Assembly (NCBI GenBank): GCA_002897675.1
Contig: BDSU01000003.1
Coordinates: 19,449 to 83,448, forward strand
Direction: 5' to 3'
Length of the DNA: 64,000 nucleotides
Origin: a bacterium BMS3Abin02
GTDB lineage: Bacteria > Actinomycetota > Acidimicrobiia > Spongiisociales > UBA4744
This document shows positions 36,495-46,718 of this stretch, piece after piece (position 1 is the stretch's first letter; every line of letters begins with the position of its first letter). Position numbers and translations under genes: made by a program. A model generated the notes under the pieces. It did not search any database and had not been told where the DNA came from. It was given only the letters and a program-made list of their open reading frames with translations.

Positions 36495-37174
36495 CGGTTC
36501 CGTTCTACGTGCCTCCGGAGCAACTCGTCAAGGATCGAGCCGAGTTCGCCCGCAAAGGCATCGCTCGGGGCCGATCGATCGTCGCTGCCGAGTACGACCT
36601 GGGAGTGCTGCTGCTCGCAGAGAATCCGAGCGCCACGCTTCACAAGATCAGTGAGATCTACGACCGTGTTGCTTTCGCCGGTGTGGGCAAGTACAACGAA
36701 TTCGAGGCGCTGCGCGTCGCGGGAACTCGCCATGCGGACCTGAGAGGGTATCTGTACAGCAGGTCGGATGTGAACGCAAAGGGCCTTGCGAACGCTTTCT
36801 CCCAAACGCTCGGCAACATCTTCACACACGAGATGAAGCCATATGAGGTCGAGATCCTCATTGCAGAGCTGGGTGTCAACAGTCATCCAAACCATCTGTA
36901 CCGGGTGACCTACGACGGCACACTGTCGGACGAAGGTCGGTACTGTGCCATTGGCGGGCAGGCGGACGCGCTGAGCGAGATCCTGGAAGCGAGAGGCCAG
37001 AAGATCGGGTCGCTCGCCGAGACGATCACCGCGCTCGCAGCAGCGTTCTCAGAAGTCCTCGACAGAGAGGTCGACGGATGGGAAGCGGCGGTCCTGGATT
37101 CGACAGGAGGCCGGCGAACGTTTCGCAGGCTATCGCATGCCGAGGTCGACGAGATTCTAGGCGCCTCCGACTGA
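36491..37174 (+). CDS. prcA: 20S proteasome alpha subunit
   Basis: ATGA overlap with prcB. 227 aa of alpha-subunit-like sequence. The table ORF (35603) is a long out-of-frame extension. Confidence 0.9.
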   Translation: MTVPFYVPPEQLVKDRAEFARKGIARGRSIVAAEYDLGVLLLAENPSATLHKISEIYDRVAFAGVGKYNEFEALRVAGTRHADLRGYLYSRSDVNAKGLANAFSQTLGNIFTHEMKPYEVEILIAELGVNSHPNHLYRVTYDGTLSDEGRYCAIGGQADALSEILEARGQKIGSLAETITALAAAFSEVLDREVDGWEAAVLDSTGGRRTFRRLSHAEVDEILGASD

Positions 37175-37484
37175 GCTTCTGCCCGCGAGCGATGCCGGTG
37201 CGTGGATCGAGGTGGCTCACTTCGTTCACCGTACCTGGTGCTTCGGCCGATTCGAGCGGTGGACGTGACATCTGACCTGTGGGAAGTTGTGATGGGAGGC
37301 CCGAGGAGTTCGCGGTCGGCGGTGGGGTGGATGGGATCGCTGTGGACACAGCGCAACGGCCTCGCGTGAATCGGGGGTCCGAATCGGTGGCCGGTCACCG
37401 GTCGGTACCTATCGGTTCGAAGCCCGTGGGCGCGTGCCATGCCTTGCTCGGCGGGCTCCCGCCCACGGGGTCTACGCTGAAGCG

Positions 37485-38840
37485 ATGAAGCGTCGCATCT
37501 ACGGGCTCGAAAGCGAATACGGTGTGACGTGCACGCTGCGTGGCCAGCGAAGGTTGAGTCCGGACGAGGCCGCGAGGTATCTGTTTCGCCGGGTCGTGAG
37601 TTGGGGTCGATCGTCGAATGTCTTTCTCGAGAATGGTGCCCGTCTCTATCTGGACGTGGGCAGTCACCCCGAGTACGCGACCCCCGAATGTGACGATCTT
37701 TCCGCCCTGATTGCCACCGACAAGGCAGGCGAGCGGATTCTGCAGAACTTGGCCGTGGAAGCTCAGAACCGCCTGGGCGAGGAAGGGATCAGCGGCGAGA
37801 TCTTTCTCTTCAAGAACAACACGGACTCGGCGGGCAACTCCTACGGGTGCCATGAGAACTACCTGATACGGCGCAGCACCGACTTCCCGACCGTGCTGGG
37901 CGCGCTGCTTCCGTTTCTCGTCACCAGGCAGATCTTTGCCGGCGCCGGCAAGTTGCTGCGAACTACCAGGGGAGTCCGGTTCACGATGTCTCAGCGTGCC
38001 GAACACATCTGGGAGGGAGTGTCATCTGCCACGACCCGCAGCCGACCAATCGTGAACACGAGGGACGAACCCCACGCAGATGCTGCGCTCTACCGGAGAC
38101 TGCACGTCATCGCCGGCGACTCCAACATGTCCGAGATCGCCGGCTATGCGAAGGTCGGAGTGGTTGGCGCACTCCTTCAGATGCTCGAAGAAGGACACGA
38201 GTTCCGCGCGCTCGATCTCGAGAATCCGATCCGTGCGATCCGCGAGATCAGTTCCGACCCAACGTGCCGACGGCGGGTCCGGCTTGCGAACGGTCGAGAG
38301 CTCTCCGCCCTCGACATCCAGTGGGAGTACCTGGACAAGGCCACACAGTACGCGAGAGCCCATGGTTTTCCTCCGGTCATCGATCGGGCAGTTCGGATGT
38401 GGGAAGGGATGCTCGCCGGCATCGAGAAGGATCCGATGACGCTCGCGAGCCAGGTCGATTGGGTTGCCAAGTGGCAACTCATCGAGGCATACCGAGCTCG
38501 GCACGATCTCGCCTTGTCAGATCCACGGCTGGCCATGATGGACCTCTCGTACCACGACATCAATCCAGCTCGCGGGTTGTACAACCTGCTGGTCCGGCGA
38601 GGCAAGATCGAACGCGTGGTCGATGACGCGGCGATCGCCCAGGCGATGACGAAAGCCCCTGCGACCACGCGAGCTCGTCTGCGGGGAGAGTTCATCCGCG
38701 CAGCGAAGGCCGCCGGCCGGGACTTCACCGTGGACTGGGTCCATCTGAAGGTCAACGATCAGGCGCAGCGAACGGTTCTCTGCAAAGACCCGTTCGTGCA
38801 CACCGATCCTCGTGTTGACCGGCTCATCGCGGGGTTGTAG
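37485..38840 (+). CDS. pafA: Pup--protein ligase PafA
   Basis: [13 protein letters not shown]… ligase family. It is the shorter paralogue of Dop. Confidence 0.85.
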   Translation: MKRRIYGLESEYGVTCTLRGQRRLSPDEAARYLFRRVVSWGRSSNVFLENGARLYLDVGSHPEYATPECDDLSALIATDKAGERILQNLAVEAQNRLGEEGISGEIFLFKNNTDSAGNSYGCHENYLIRRSTDFPTVLGALLPFLVTRQIFAGAGKLLRTTRGVRFTMSQRAEHIWEGVSSATTRSRPIVNTRDEPHADAALYRRLHVIAGDSNMSEIAGYAKVGVVGALLQMLEEGHEFRALDLENPIRAIREISSDPTCRRRVRLANGRELSALDIQWEYLDKATQYARAHGFPPVIDRAVRMWEGMLAGIEKDPMTLASQVDWVAKWQLIEAYRARHDLALSDPRLAMMDLSYHDINPARGLYNLLVRRGKIERVVDDAAIAQAMTKAPATTRARLRGEFIRAAKAAGRDFTVDWVHLKVNDQAQRTVLCKDPFVHTDPRVDRLIAGL

Positions 38841-39109
38841 AGCGGTGCATCCTCAGGATCGTGACGTGACGTGGCTCGAGTTTCGAGCACGACACGTTGG
38901 AGATGATGACGGGTTGCCGTCAGGTTGGCGTTCTCGGGACTCGAGTCAGCGGCCTGTTGCGGTGTGACCTCGACTCGGGGTTTTCATGTGGTCGACGTCA
39001 AACGAGGCAAGTGGCGACGTTCGTCGAGATGCGTGCCGTGCGTTGCCCGGCGAACTCAGGTGCCAAGGGCCTGGTACGGCGAGCGTACGGGGCCTACAGT
39101 TGCTACCGC

Positions 39110-40024
39110 ATGCGACGTGTGCTCGAACGGCTTCTCAACCTTCTCGCCTTCCTGCTCACGGCCGACCGACCGGTCACGGCCGAGGAGATACGCATCACCG
39201 TGGCCGGGTATGCGCAGGACTCGGACGACGCGTTCCACCGGATGTTCGAACGTGACAAGGACCTTCTGCGTCGAATGGGAATCCCGATCGAACTTCGCCC
39301 GACGGACGGGTGGGAGGTCGAATACGGCTACGTCCTCCGGCCCGACGCATATCAGCTGCCGGACCCCGATCTCTCCGACGAGGAGCGAGCCGCCCTCTGG
39401 CTCGCTGCGCAAGTCGTACGATTGGGCGGTCAGCCGGCAGGACCGGAAGCCCTCATGAAGCTCGGCGGGCTGGCGATGAGCGGAGGTGGAGAGCCGCTTG
39501 CAGCGGAACTCGGCTTGGGTGCCGAGGTCCTCTCTGCAGCGTATCTGGCCGCAACGGAACGCCGCATGCTCTCGTTCACGTACCGGAGTCGACGTCGGAA
39601 TGTCCAACCCATGGGGATCCTGCACCAGCGGGGACACTGGTATCTGATCGCCAGAGACCGTGAGGAGATGCGGGCCTACCGGATCGACCGGGCATCGAAG
39701 TTCGCCGTGGGGGATTCTCCCAGGGCGTTCACGCGACCGCCAGGCTTCAGTCTGCGAGATGCTCTTCCCGTGGAACCGTGGGCCACAGGGGAGGAGGACA
39801 TCCTCGCCAAGGTGGTGTTCGACGCGGACACCGCATGGTGGGCGAAGAGGCAACTCGGTGCCGAGGCGATCGAGCGGCCCGATGGGTATCTGGAGGCCGA
39901 ACTGAGGGTGGCGAATCCGGACGCCTTCATCGGTTGGATACTGAGCTTTGAGGACAAGGCAGAGATCTTGGAGCCCCCACAGCTCCGGCAGGCGCTGATC
40001 GATCGAGTTCGAGGGCGATCGTGA
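39110..40024 (+). CDS. pafB: PafB-like WYL-domain transcriptional regulator
   Basis: N-terminal HTH (RLLNLLAFLLTADRPVTAEEI) and a WYL-like C-terminal part. The start at the internal MRRVLERLL is tentative. Confidence 0.7.
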   Translation: MRRVLERLLNLLAFLLTADRPVTAEEIRITVAGYAQDSDDAFHRMFERDKDLLRRMGIPIELRPTDGWEVEYGYVLRPDAYQLPDPDLSDEERAALWLAAQVVRLGGQPAGPEALMKLGGLAMSGGGEPLAAELGLGAEVLSAAYLAATERRMLSFTYRSRRRNVQPMGILHQRGHWYLIARDREEMRAYRIDRASKFAVGDSPRAFTRPPGFSLRDALPVEPWATGEEDILAKVVFDADTAWWAKRQLGAEAIERPDGYLEAELRVANPDAFIGWILSFEDKAEILEPPQLRQALIDRVRGRS

Positions 40025-40953
40025 GCAAGACAAAGCACCGGCTGACGCAGATCCTGTCGATGCTTCCCTGGGTGATCGCCAATCCTGGAGCCACCGTGCA
40101 GGAGGTCTGCGATCGTTTCGGTTACACGCGTAGCAAGCTCATCGAGGACCTGAACCTCGTATTCGTCTGCGGGCTTCCGGGGTACGGACCCGGCGACTTG
40201 ATGGTCGCCTACGTGGATGAAGACGAAGTCGTCGTCGACATGGCCGACTACTTCTCCCATTCGCTCCGTCTCAGCGCCTCGGAGGCGCTTGCACTTCTTG
40301 CAGCGGCCAAGACCCTCATCGCGACAGACCAGGCGCCACCTGCGCTGCGGAGCGCCGTCGACAAGCTCACGACAGCGCTCGATATCGCGTCCGATGAAAC
40401 GCTCGCCATCGAGATCGAGGGAGAATCGGGGCTCGTGACCATGCTGCGCGATGCGGCCGGAGAGGGACGCGTGATCGATATGACCTACACGTCACTGAAC
40501 AAGGGCAAGACAACGCGACGTCTGGTCGAACCATGGTCGGTCTTCACGACGATGGGGAACTGGTATCTGTCGGCCTTCTGTCGGTCCGCGGGGGCCGAAC
40601 GAGTATTCCGTGTCGACCGTATCCGATCCGCCATCCCGACCGAGGATCGCTTCGTCCCAAACCCCGAACCGCCGCCTCCGGTGCTGCGCTACACGCCTTC
40701 GGAGGACGATGTGCGGGCAACGATTCGTCTTGAACCGCGCGCTGCGTGGGTCGCCGACTATTACCCGGTCGACATCGTTTCCACAGACCCTTTCGTGATC
40801 CGCTTCTCGGCATCCGATCCAAGCGTCGCCGCCAGGCTCCTCGTGCGGCTCGGCCAAGATGCCGTCCTGCTCGAAGGAGCCGAGACAGCGGCAGCGACCG
40901 CTTCCTTGCGCCACAGGGTGCTCTCCCGCTACGGGGTGACCATTTCGGAATAG
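40021..40953 (+). CDS. pafC: PafC-like WYL-domain transcriptional regulator
   Basis: GTG start overlapping the pafB stop. N-terminal HTH (LTQILSMLPWVIANPGATVQEV) and a WYL-like C-terminus. Confidence 0.7.
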   Translation: MSKTKHRLTQILSMLPWVIANPGATVQEVCDRFGYTRSKLIEDLNLVFVCGLPGYGPGDLMVAYVDEDEVVVDMADYFSHSLRLSASEALALLAAAKTLIATDQAPPALRSAVDKLTTALDIASDETLAIEIEGESGLVTMLRDAAGEGRVIDMTYTSLNKGKTTRRLVEPWSVFTTMGNWYLSAFCRSAGAERVFRVDRIRSAIPTEDRFVPNPEPPPPVLRYTPSEDDVRATIRLEPRAAWVADYYPVDIVSTDPFVIRFSASDPSVAARLLVRLGQDAVLLEGAETAAATASLRHRVLSRYGVTISE

Positions 40954-41015
40954 TCACTTCAGGGCGTGTTCGCGAAGGCCGATACACGGGACATGAACGG
41001 TGAGCGGAGCGCCGA

Positions 41016-41315
41016 ATGACCACTATCAAGACGACGTGTGAGCACTGCGGGGACATTGAACTGCACCCGGATGACCTCGCCCTCGAGCTGGATCCGACCG
41101 AAGATTCGGGCAGCTACCTCTTCACGTGCCCGGCGTGCGGAAACCTTCAACGCCGACCGGCGAATCCCCGAGTCGTGAACGTGCTCCTCGCTACCGGTGT
41201 CACGTATGACGTAGTCGTTCCCGAACCCGGGCCGATCACCACCGAGGAAATCGACCGGTTCGTGCGCGCACTCGACAGGGAAGAGGATCTCTGGAGGATG
41301 CTTCCCTCGTCGTAG
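41016..41315 (+). CDS. hypothetical small zinc-ribbon protein
   Basis: 99 aa, CEHCGD…CPACGN. Confidence 0.4.
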   Translation: MTTIKTTCEHCGDIELHPDDLALELDPTEDSGSYLFTCPACGNLQRRPANPRVVNVLLATGVTYDVVVPEPGPITTEEIDRFVRALDREEDLWRMLPSS

Positions 41316-41339
41316 GAACCCGGCGAGTACTGCGAAACG

Positions 41340-41585
41340 CCAATCCCCCTACCCCGGCCCAAAGCCACTGCGGTACCTTCCCCCCTGCGGTCGCTTCGCT
41401 CCCTGGGCAAGAGCCCCCCTACCCCAGCGCAAAGCCGCTGCGGTACCTTCCCCCCTGCGGTCGCTTCGCTCCCTGGGGGGGACCAATAGACGCTTGCCCC
41501 GCGGTCCTGCACTGCTGCCACGTCGCGATAGGAAGCACGAAATACGAAGCACCAAATGCCGCATACGAAATACGATGGGCAAAGC
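41340..41585. repeat. composite GC-rich intergenic repeat element, copy B (two tandem units of about 66 bp plus a shared flank)
   Basis: Units at 41345-41406 and 41414-41479 (…cccctacccc[g/a]gc[c/g]caaagcc[a/g]ctgcggtaccttcccccctgcggtcgcttcgctccctggg…). The flank 41480-41560 is homologous to the reverse complement of 28745-28811. Confidence 0.6.
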
Positions 41586-41606
41586 GAGTCCTAACATGGG
41601 AATGCC

Positions 41607-42035
41607 GTGTTTTTCGATGTCAGCCCCACCGAACTCCTTTTCATCTTCCTTGTTGCACTCGTCGTGTTCGGTCCGCGGCGCCTGCCGGAAATGGCGAAGA
41701 AGATCGCCTCGCTGGTCCGCGAGATCCAATCAACGGCCGGGGACCTCCAGCGGGGCCTCGAAAAAGAAGTGAAAGACTTGGCGGCACCGCTCAAAGATCT
41801 GGCAGAGCCTCTGAAGGAACTCTCACAGCCGGTCAGGGACCTCACCAAGCCGCTGAAGGACCTCACCAAGCCGCTGGAGGACCTCACCAAGCCGCTGGAG
41901 GACCTCACCAAGCCGCTGGAGGACCTCGCCACCAAGCCGGTGAACGACTCGAGGGACGAAGACGCGACGGGGGACGCTTCACCCGCGCAGGAGGACAGCG
42001 ACGTCGCGTCGAACGATCGGCCTGCGGATGAGTAA
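41607..42035 (+). CDS. tatA: twin-arginine translocase TatA/E-family protein with a long repetitive acidic C-terminal tail
   Basis: GTG start. TM plus amphipathic helix (LFIFLVALVVFGPRRLPEMAKK), followed by the (DL[TA]KPL[KE])n tail. Confidence 0.8.
   Translation: MFFDVSPTELLFIFLVALVVFGPRRLPEMAKKIASLVREIQSTAGDLQRGLEKEVKDLAAPLKDLAEPLKELSQPVRDLTKPLKDLTKPLEDLTKPLEDLTKPLEDLATKPVNDSRDEDATGDASPAQEDSDVASNDRPADE
41837..41920 (+). repeat. four perfect tandem copies of a 21-bp unit (gacctcaccaagccgctgRag) inside tatA, encoding DLTKPLE/K heptads
   Basis: Direct reading of 41837-41920. Diverged copies flank it, spanning about 41774-41941. Confidence 0.7.
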
Positions 42036-42741
42036 GGACCGTCCACGCCCTGTTCTCGAGCACCTCGAAGAGCTGCGATGGCGCCTCGTGAAGAGTGCGA
42101 TCGCGCTGACGGTCGGGGCCGTCGTGGCATTCCTGTTTCGTGAGCAGCTGTTCGACGTCCTCGCCAAACCGTACCGGCTTGCTCTCCCAGGGCAGGACCT
42201 CAATCAGTTCCAGGTGACCGAGGGCTTTTCGATCGCAATGCGACTCTCTCTCTTCGGGGGGGCTTTCCTCGCCAGCCCTGTCCTCTTCTACCAATTATGG
42301 GCATTCGTGAATCCTGCACTCACGAAGAAGGAGAGGAAGTGGACGATTCCGATCGTGACCGCTCTCGTGGTCCTGTTCAGCGGCGGCGCTGCATTCGGCT
42401 ATTACATTCTCCCCAGAGGCCTCGTGTTCCTTCTCGGTATTCAGCCCGGGCTCACGTCGGTGATCGGGGCTTCGGACTATTTTGGCCTCACGCTGCGGTT
42501 TCTTCTGATATTCGGCGTCGCGTTCGAGTTCCCGGTGTTCCTGTTCGCAGCGGCCGCCGTTGGAGTAGTGAACTCAACACAACTGAAGAAGGGCCGTCGG
42601 TGGGCCGTGCTCATCATCGTGATAGTGGGTGCCGTCGTCACCCCGACGGGCGATCCGCTGACGCTGACCGCTCTGTCAGTGCCCCTCTACGTGCTCTATG
42701 AAGCAACGATCTGGCTGGTGAAGTTGGCGCTGCATAAATGA
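42028..42741 (+). CDS. tatC: twin-arginine translocase subunit TatC
   Basis: 237 aa with six TM segments and a TatC-like sequence. It overlaps the tatA 3' end. Confidence 0.9.
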   Translation: MSKDRPRPVLEHLEELRWRLVKSAIALTVGAVVAFLFREQLFDVLAKPYRLALPGQDLNQFQVTEGFSIAMRLSLFGGAFLASPVLFYQLWAFVNPALTKKERKWTIPIVTALVVLFSGGAAFGYYILPRGLVFLLGIQPGLTSVIGASDYFGLTLRFLLIFGVAFEFPVFLFAAAAVGVVNSTQLKKGRRWAVLIIVIVGAVVTPTGDPLTLTALSVPLYVLYEATIWLVKLALHK

Positions 42742-45215
42742 TCGGGTTCGACCTCGATTTTGAACCGGACGCGTTCCAGCTCGAGGCTGCGGATGCGATC
42801 AGGTCGGGAGCATGCGTGGTCGTGACCGCCCCGACGGGCTCCGGGAAGACCCTCGTGGCCGAAGTCGCGATTCGTGAGGCCATGTCCCGTGGCAAGAAGG
42901 CTTTCTACACCACACCGCTCAAAGCATTGTCGAACCAGAAGTTCAACGACTTGCGCGGGCAGTTTCCTGATGTCGGGCTCTTGACCGGAGACAACACCAT
43001 CAACGGTGACGCCCCCCTGGTCGTGATGACGACAGAGGTCATCCGGAACATGATCTATGCGGGATCGGCGGCTCTCGCGGGTCTCGAAGTCGTCATCCTC
43101 GACGAGGTCCACTATTTGGGGGACCGGTTTCGTGGCCAGGTGTGGGAGGAGATCATCGTCCACGCTCCGGCAGGCACCCAGCTGGTATGCCTCTCCGCGA
43201 CCGTGTCCAACGCCGACGAGTTCACGGCATGGGTCCGCAGTCGGAGGGGGAGCACGAGGCTCATACAGGCGGAACGGCGTCCCGTCCCACTGGTCAATCT
43301 CTACGCGGTGAAAGATCGATGGAACGACGAGGTCTTCATGGACGAAATGCTCAGGAAACACCGAGCGAACCAGTCCATCGAGTCACGCATCAGCGGAAGG
43401 AATGCCCGCCGCTACGGGACGCCGCGGCGAACCGAAACCGTGTCGGCCCTGGCCGCCAAGGGAATGCTTCCCGTCATCTACTTCATCTTCTCGAGGGCAG
43501 GCTGCAACGACGCCGCCGCAAGGCTCCTCTCGTCCGGCGCGAGATTCACCGATGCGGCGGAACGCGAGACCATCCGTAGAGTCGCCGAAGAAAGGACGGC
43601 CCATCTCGATCCCGGTGACCTCACCGTCCTCGAATATGACGGGTGGTTGACGGGCCTGCAGGCAGGGATCGCTCCCCACCACGCAGGGATGGTGCCGGCA
43701 TTCAAAGAAACCGTCGAGGACCTCTTCGCCCGTGGCCTGATCAAGGTCGTCTTCGCCACCGAGACACTGTCGCTTGGCATCAACATGCCGGCTCGGAGCG
43801 TCGTTCTCGAAAGCCTCAGTCGATTCACGGGAGAAACCCACGAACTGCTCAGGGCCGGCGACTACACGCAGTTGACCGGCAGGGCAGGGCGCCGTGGAAT
43901 CGACGAAGTCGGATACGGCGTCGTCCTGCACTCACGATTCGTGCCTTTCTCACAAGTTGCCAAACTCGCCGCCGCCGGGTCCCATTCGCTGCAATCGAGT
44001 TTCCGCCCCACCTACAACATGGCCGTAAACCTGGTCGCAAACTACTCCCGTGAGCGGGCGCGGAAGCTACTGAACGCATCATTCGGCCAGTTTCAAGCGT
44101 CGAAGGGAATACGCAAGAAGGCCCGATCCCTCGAACGTCGAGAAGCTGAGCTTGCGTCATTGAGGAAAGCGGCGTCGTGCGACCGGGGGGACATCGCAGA
44201 ATACCGGGAACTCCTCAACGTCTCTGCCACCCGGGAATCGTCCGCCATGGGCGGGCTGTGTCGCGGGCGAGTGATCGAACTCGTGTCGGGAGGCAAAGCG
44301 GGTCGATACGTCGTGGTGAAACGCCGGCGAGGCAAGAGAGTCGAAGTCATCGTGTTCTCGACACGAGGCAAAGTCGTCCGGCTGCGTCCGAAGGACGTGG
44401 GTTCCGATGCCATGGCGCTGGGCTCCATCGTCATGACGAATTCCTCGCGGATCGGGGACCCGAAGTTCCGAGCGCGGGTGGCGCGACAACTTCGAGCGTT
44501 TCGGGGTCGCCCCGAGCCCCTGAGCAACGAAGAACCGGCACCCGAACACCCGGTCGCCGCGTGTCCCGACAGAGATGAACATCTGCAGGCGCTCGAACGG
44601 GCACTTCGTTTGCAGCGCGAGAACCGGCAACTCGGTAGAGACCTGGAGATGGCGCAGGTGGGCCTGGTCCAAGAACTCGAACAGATACTCGACCTGCTCG
44701 AGACTCGCGGCTACGTGGACGGCTGGACCCTGACGCCACGCGGTGAACGCCTTCGGGTGATCTACAGCGAACTCGATCTGCTCATCTCCGAAGCCGTCCA
44801 AGAGGGACTCTTCGATGCCCTCAGTCCTGCCGAGGTGGCCGCGTTGGTCTCGCTGGCCGTCTACGAGCCGAGAAGGGACGAAAGGGGCATACAAGGGTGG
44901 CCATCCGAGGCAGTTCGCGCGAGGAGCGCCCAGTTCATGGCACTCTGGGAGGAACTCGTCGAGGATGAACGAGGCAGGGGGCTCGCAGAGACTCGTCGAC
45001 CGGACCCGGGATTCGCTTCGCTTGCGTATCGTTGGACGACAGGAGAGGACCTGAGCGAAGTACTCGGCACACGGGAGGCAGGTGACTTCGTTCGAACGTC
45101 GAGACAGCTTCTCGACGTGATGCGGCAGATGCGTGAGGCGGCTCCACAGCTCGCAGCAGCGTTGGGAACGGCGATTCGGGGTATCGATCGCGGCGTCGTC
45201 GCGGCAGTACGGTGA
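42738..45215 (+). CDS. helY: Ski2-like DEAD/DEAH-box RNA helicase HelY
   Basis: Walker A APTGSGKT, DEVH box, helicase C and C-terminal DSHCT-like region. It follows tat genes as in mycobacteria. Confidence 0.9.
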   Translation: MIGFDLDFEPDAFQLEAADAIRSGACVVVTAPTGSGKTLVAEVAIREAMSRGKKAFYTTPLKALSNQKFNDLRGQFPDVGLLTGDNTINGDAPLVVMTTEVIRNMIYAGSAALAGLEVVILDEVHYLGDRFRGQVWEEIIVHAPAGTQLVCLSATVSNADEFTAWVRSRRGSTRLIQAERRPVPLVNLYAVKDRWNDEVFMDEMLRKHRANQSIESRISGRNARRYGTPRRTETVSALAAKGMLPVIYFIFSRAGCNDAAARLLSSGARFTDAAERETIRRVAEERTAHLDPGDLTVLEYDGWLTGLQAGIAPHHAGMVPAFKETVEDLFARGLIKVVFATETLSLGINMPARSVVLESLSRFTGETHELLRAGDYTQLTGRAGRRGIDEVGYGVVLHSRFVPFSQVAKLAAAGSHSLQSSFRPTYNMAVNLVANYSRERARKLLNASFGQFQASKGIRKKARSLERREAELASLRKAASCDRGDIAEYRELLNVSATRESSAMGGLCRGRVIELVSGGKAGRYVVVKRRRGKRVEVIVFSTRGKVVRLRPKDVGSDAMALGSIVMTNSSRIGDPKFRARVARQLRAFRGRPEPLSNEEPAPEHPVAACPDRDEHLQALERALRLQRENRQLGRDLEMAQVGLVQELEQILDLLETRGYVDGWTLTPRGERLRVIYSELDLLISEAVQEGLFDALSPAEVAALVSLAVYEPRRDERGIQGWPSEAVRARSAQFMALWEELVEDERGRGLAETRRPDPGFASLAYRWTTGEDLSEVLGTREAGDFVRTSRQLLDVMRQMREAAPQLAAALGTAIRGIDRGVVAAVR

Positions 45216-46123
45216 CGAGGGAAGGCAACATGGAGGAATGGCTCGTCTTGGTGAACCCGAAAGCCGGATACCGGAGCCACGCGGAAGCGCGCACGAGGGA
45301 GGCGCTTCGTCGCGGTGGAGTCAAGGCAACAGTCCGTGTACCGACCACCGTGAAGGCGATGCGAGACGCGGTCGACATGGGTGCTCGCGAGGGCAGGAGG
45401 CGATTTGTCGCGGTTGGAGGCGATGGAACCATCAATGTCGTCGTCGATCAACTGTTGCAGCACGAATGGAACGAGCCCCCGGTCGTGGGGCTGCTCCCCT
45501 CCGGATCCGGCTCGGATCTCGCCCGGACATTCGACATCGCACAGAACATCGAAGAGGCCGCAACGACGTTGCACGGCGACGCTCACAAGAGGGTCGACGT
45601 GGGTGTCCTCGAGGGCAACTGGGGGAGTCGGTACTTCATCAACGTGGCAGAAGCCGGACTCACCGCGGCGGTGCTGCACCGTGCCCTGACCTTGCCACGA
45701 TGGTTGGGCTCGAGCAAGTATCACCTGGCATTGGCGCTGACCTTCCCACGCATTCGGCTGGTCGAGATGACTCTCCAGGCAGGTGACATGGAATTCTCGG
45801 GGACATCTCTCCTCGCCGTGTTCGCCAATGCCCGGTATTTCGCAGGGGGCTGGCACATCGCGCCTCACGCGTCGACTTCCGACGGCCTGTTCGACATCCA
45901 GGTGTTCACGGCCTCCAAGAAGGATGTTCCCCGGCTTTGGTGGCTCGCCAAGAGCGGGTCCCACATCGACGAGCCGCAGATTCGCACGGTTGTTGCCGAC
46001 TCATTCAGCCTGAGTGTGTCGGCGCCGTGGCCGGTGGAGGCCGACGGCGAGTACTTCGGGGAAGGCTCGATGCGGGGGCGCATCCGTCGAGGGGCGGTGT
46101 TGCTGAAGACGGCCCATCCCTGA
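45212..46123 (+). CDS. diacylglycerol-kinase-family lipid kinase (DagK/YegS-like)
   Basis: …VLVNPKAG… and GGDGT motif (VAVGGDGTIN). The alternative start MEEWL is at 45230. Confidence 0.8.
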   Translation: MTREGNMEEWLVLVNPKAGYRSHAEARTREALRRGGVKATVRVPTTVKAMRDAVDMGAREGRRRFVAVGGDGTINVVVDQLLQHEWNEPPVVGLLPSGSGSDLARTFDIAQNIEEAATTLHGDAHKRVDVGVLEGNWGSRYFINVAEAGLTAAVLHRALTLPRWLGSSKYHLALALTFPRIRLVEMTLQAGDMEFSGTSLLAVFANARYFAGGWHIAPHASTSDGLFDIQVFTASKKDVPRLWWLAKSGSHIDEPQIRTVVADSFSLSVSAPWPVEADGEYFGEGSMRGRIRRGAVLLKTAHP

Positions 46124-46289
46124 AACTCGCCACGAGGAACGAGAGAGCGAAGATGGCCGCCTTCCGGCCGGCTGTTCAAGTCGCTGATCTACGGTCTCAC
46201 GAGAGAGGAGAGACGCTACTGTCAGATCGAGCTCCAGGCGGGGGTTTGTGGGTATACTCTCGCCGCCTCATACGAGAGAGAGAGGACCA

Positions 46290-46718
46290 GTGGCCCCCAA
46301 CGATGACAACGTCGAGGTCGATCTCGAAGACGCAGTCACCGAGGAACTCGAATCCGACGACATCGACGTCCCCGGCGATGATCTCGACAAAATCGAGCTG
46401 GACGAAGGTTTCGGAGATGGAGATCTCAATCCCAGCGCTGAGGACGACGGGGACGACAAGGCGGCGGAAGAGGCCGCCGAGGCCCTGGAAGAACTCGAAG
46501 CCGAGGAACTGGAGTTGCTCGAAGACGAGGCCGCGGAGACACTGCTTGTCGACGAGGCCGCCGAACTTCGCGCGATCCGGCGTGCAGAACTCACCCTCGA
46601 CGCCGACGCGGAGGAGATTCGGGGAGACGAATTCGTTTGCTCTTCCTGCTTCCTCGTCAAGCGGATCAGCCAGCTTGCAGACAAGCGGAAGCTGATCTGC
46701 AAAGACTGTGCCGGCTGA
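46290..46718 (+). CDS. DUF4193-family acidic protein with C-terminal CxxC…CxxC
   Basis: GTG start after GAGAGAGAGG. Highly acidic, with the C-terminal end …FVCSSCFLVKR…LICKDCAG. Confidence 0.65.
   Translation: MAPNDDNVEVDLEDAVTEELESDDIDVPGDDLDKIELDEGFGDGDLNPSAEDDGDDKAAEEAAEALEELEAEELELLEDEAAETLLVDEAAELRAIRRAELTLDADAEEIRGDEFVCSSCFLVKRISQLADKRKLICKDCAG

Noticed and set aside
41774-41941. Possible CRISPR array (regular 21-bp repeats) and the 66-bp intergenic repeats at 28.8 and 41.4 kb
   Set aside because: The 21-bp units are contiguous with no spacers and are in-frame coding sequence of tatA. The 66-bp units are adjacent with no unique spacers and no cas genes. Neither is CRISPR.
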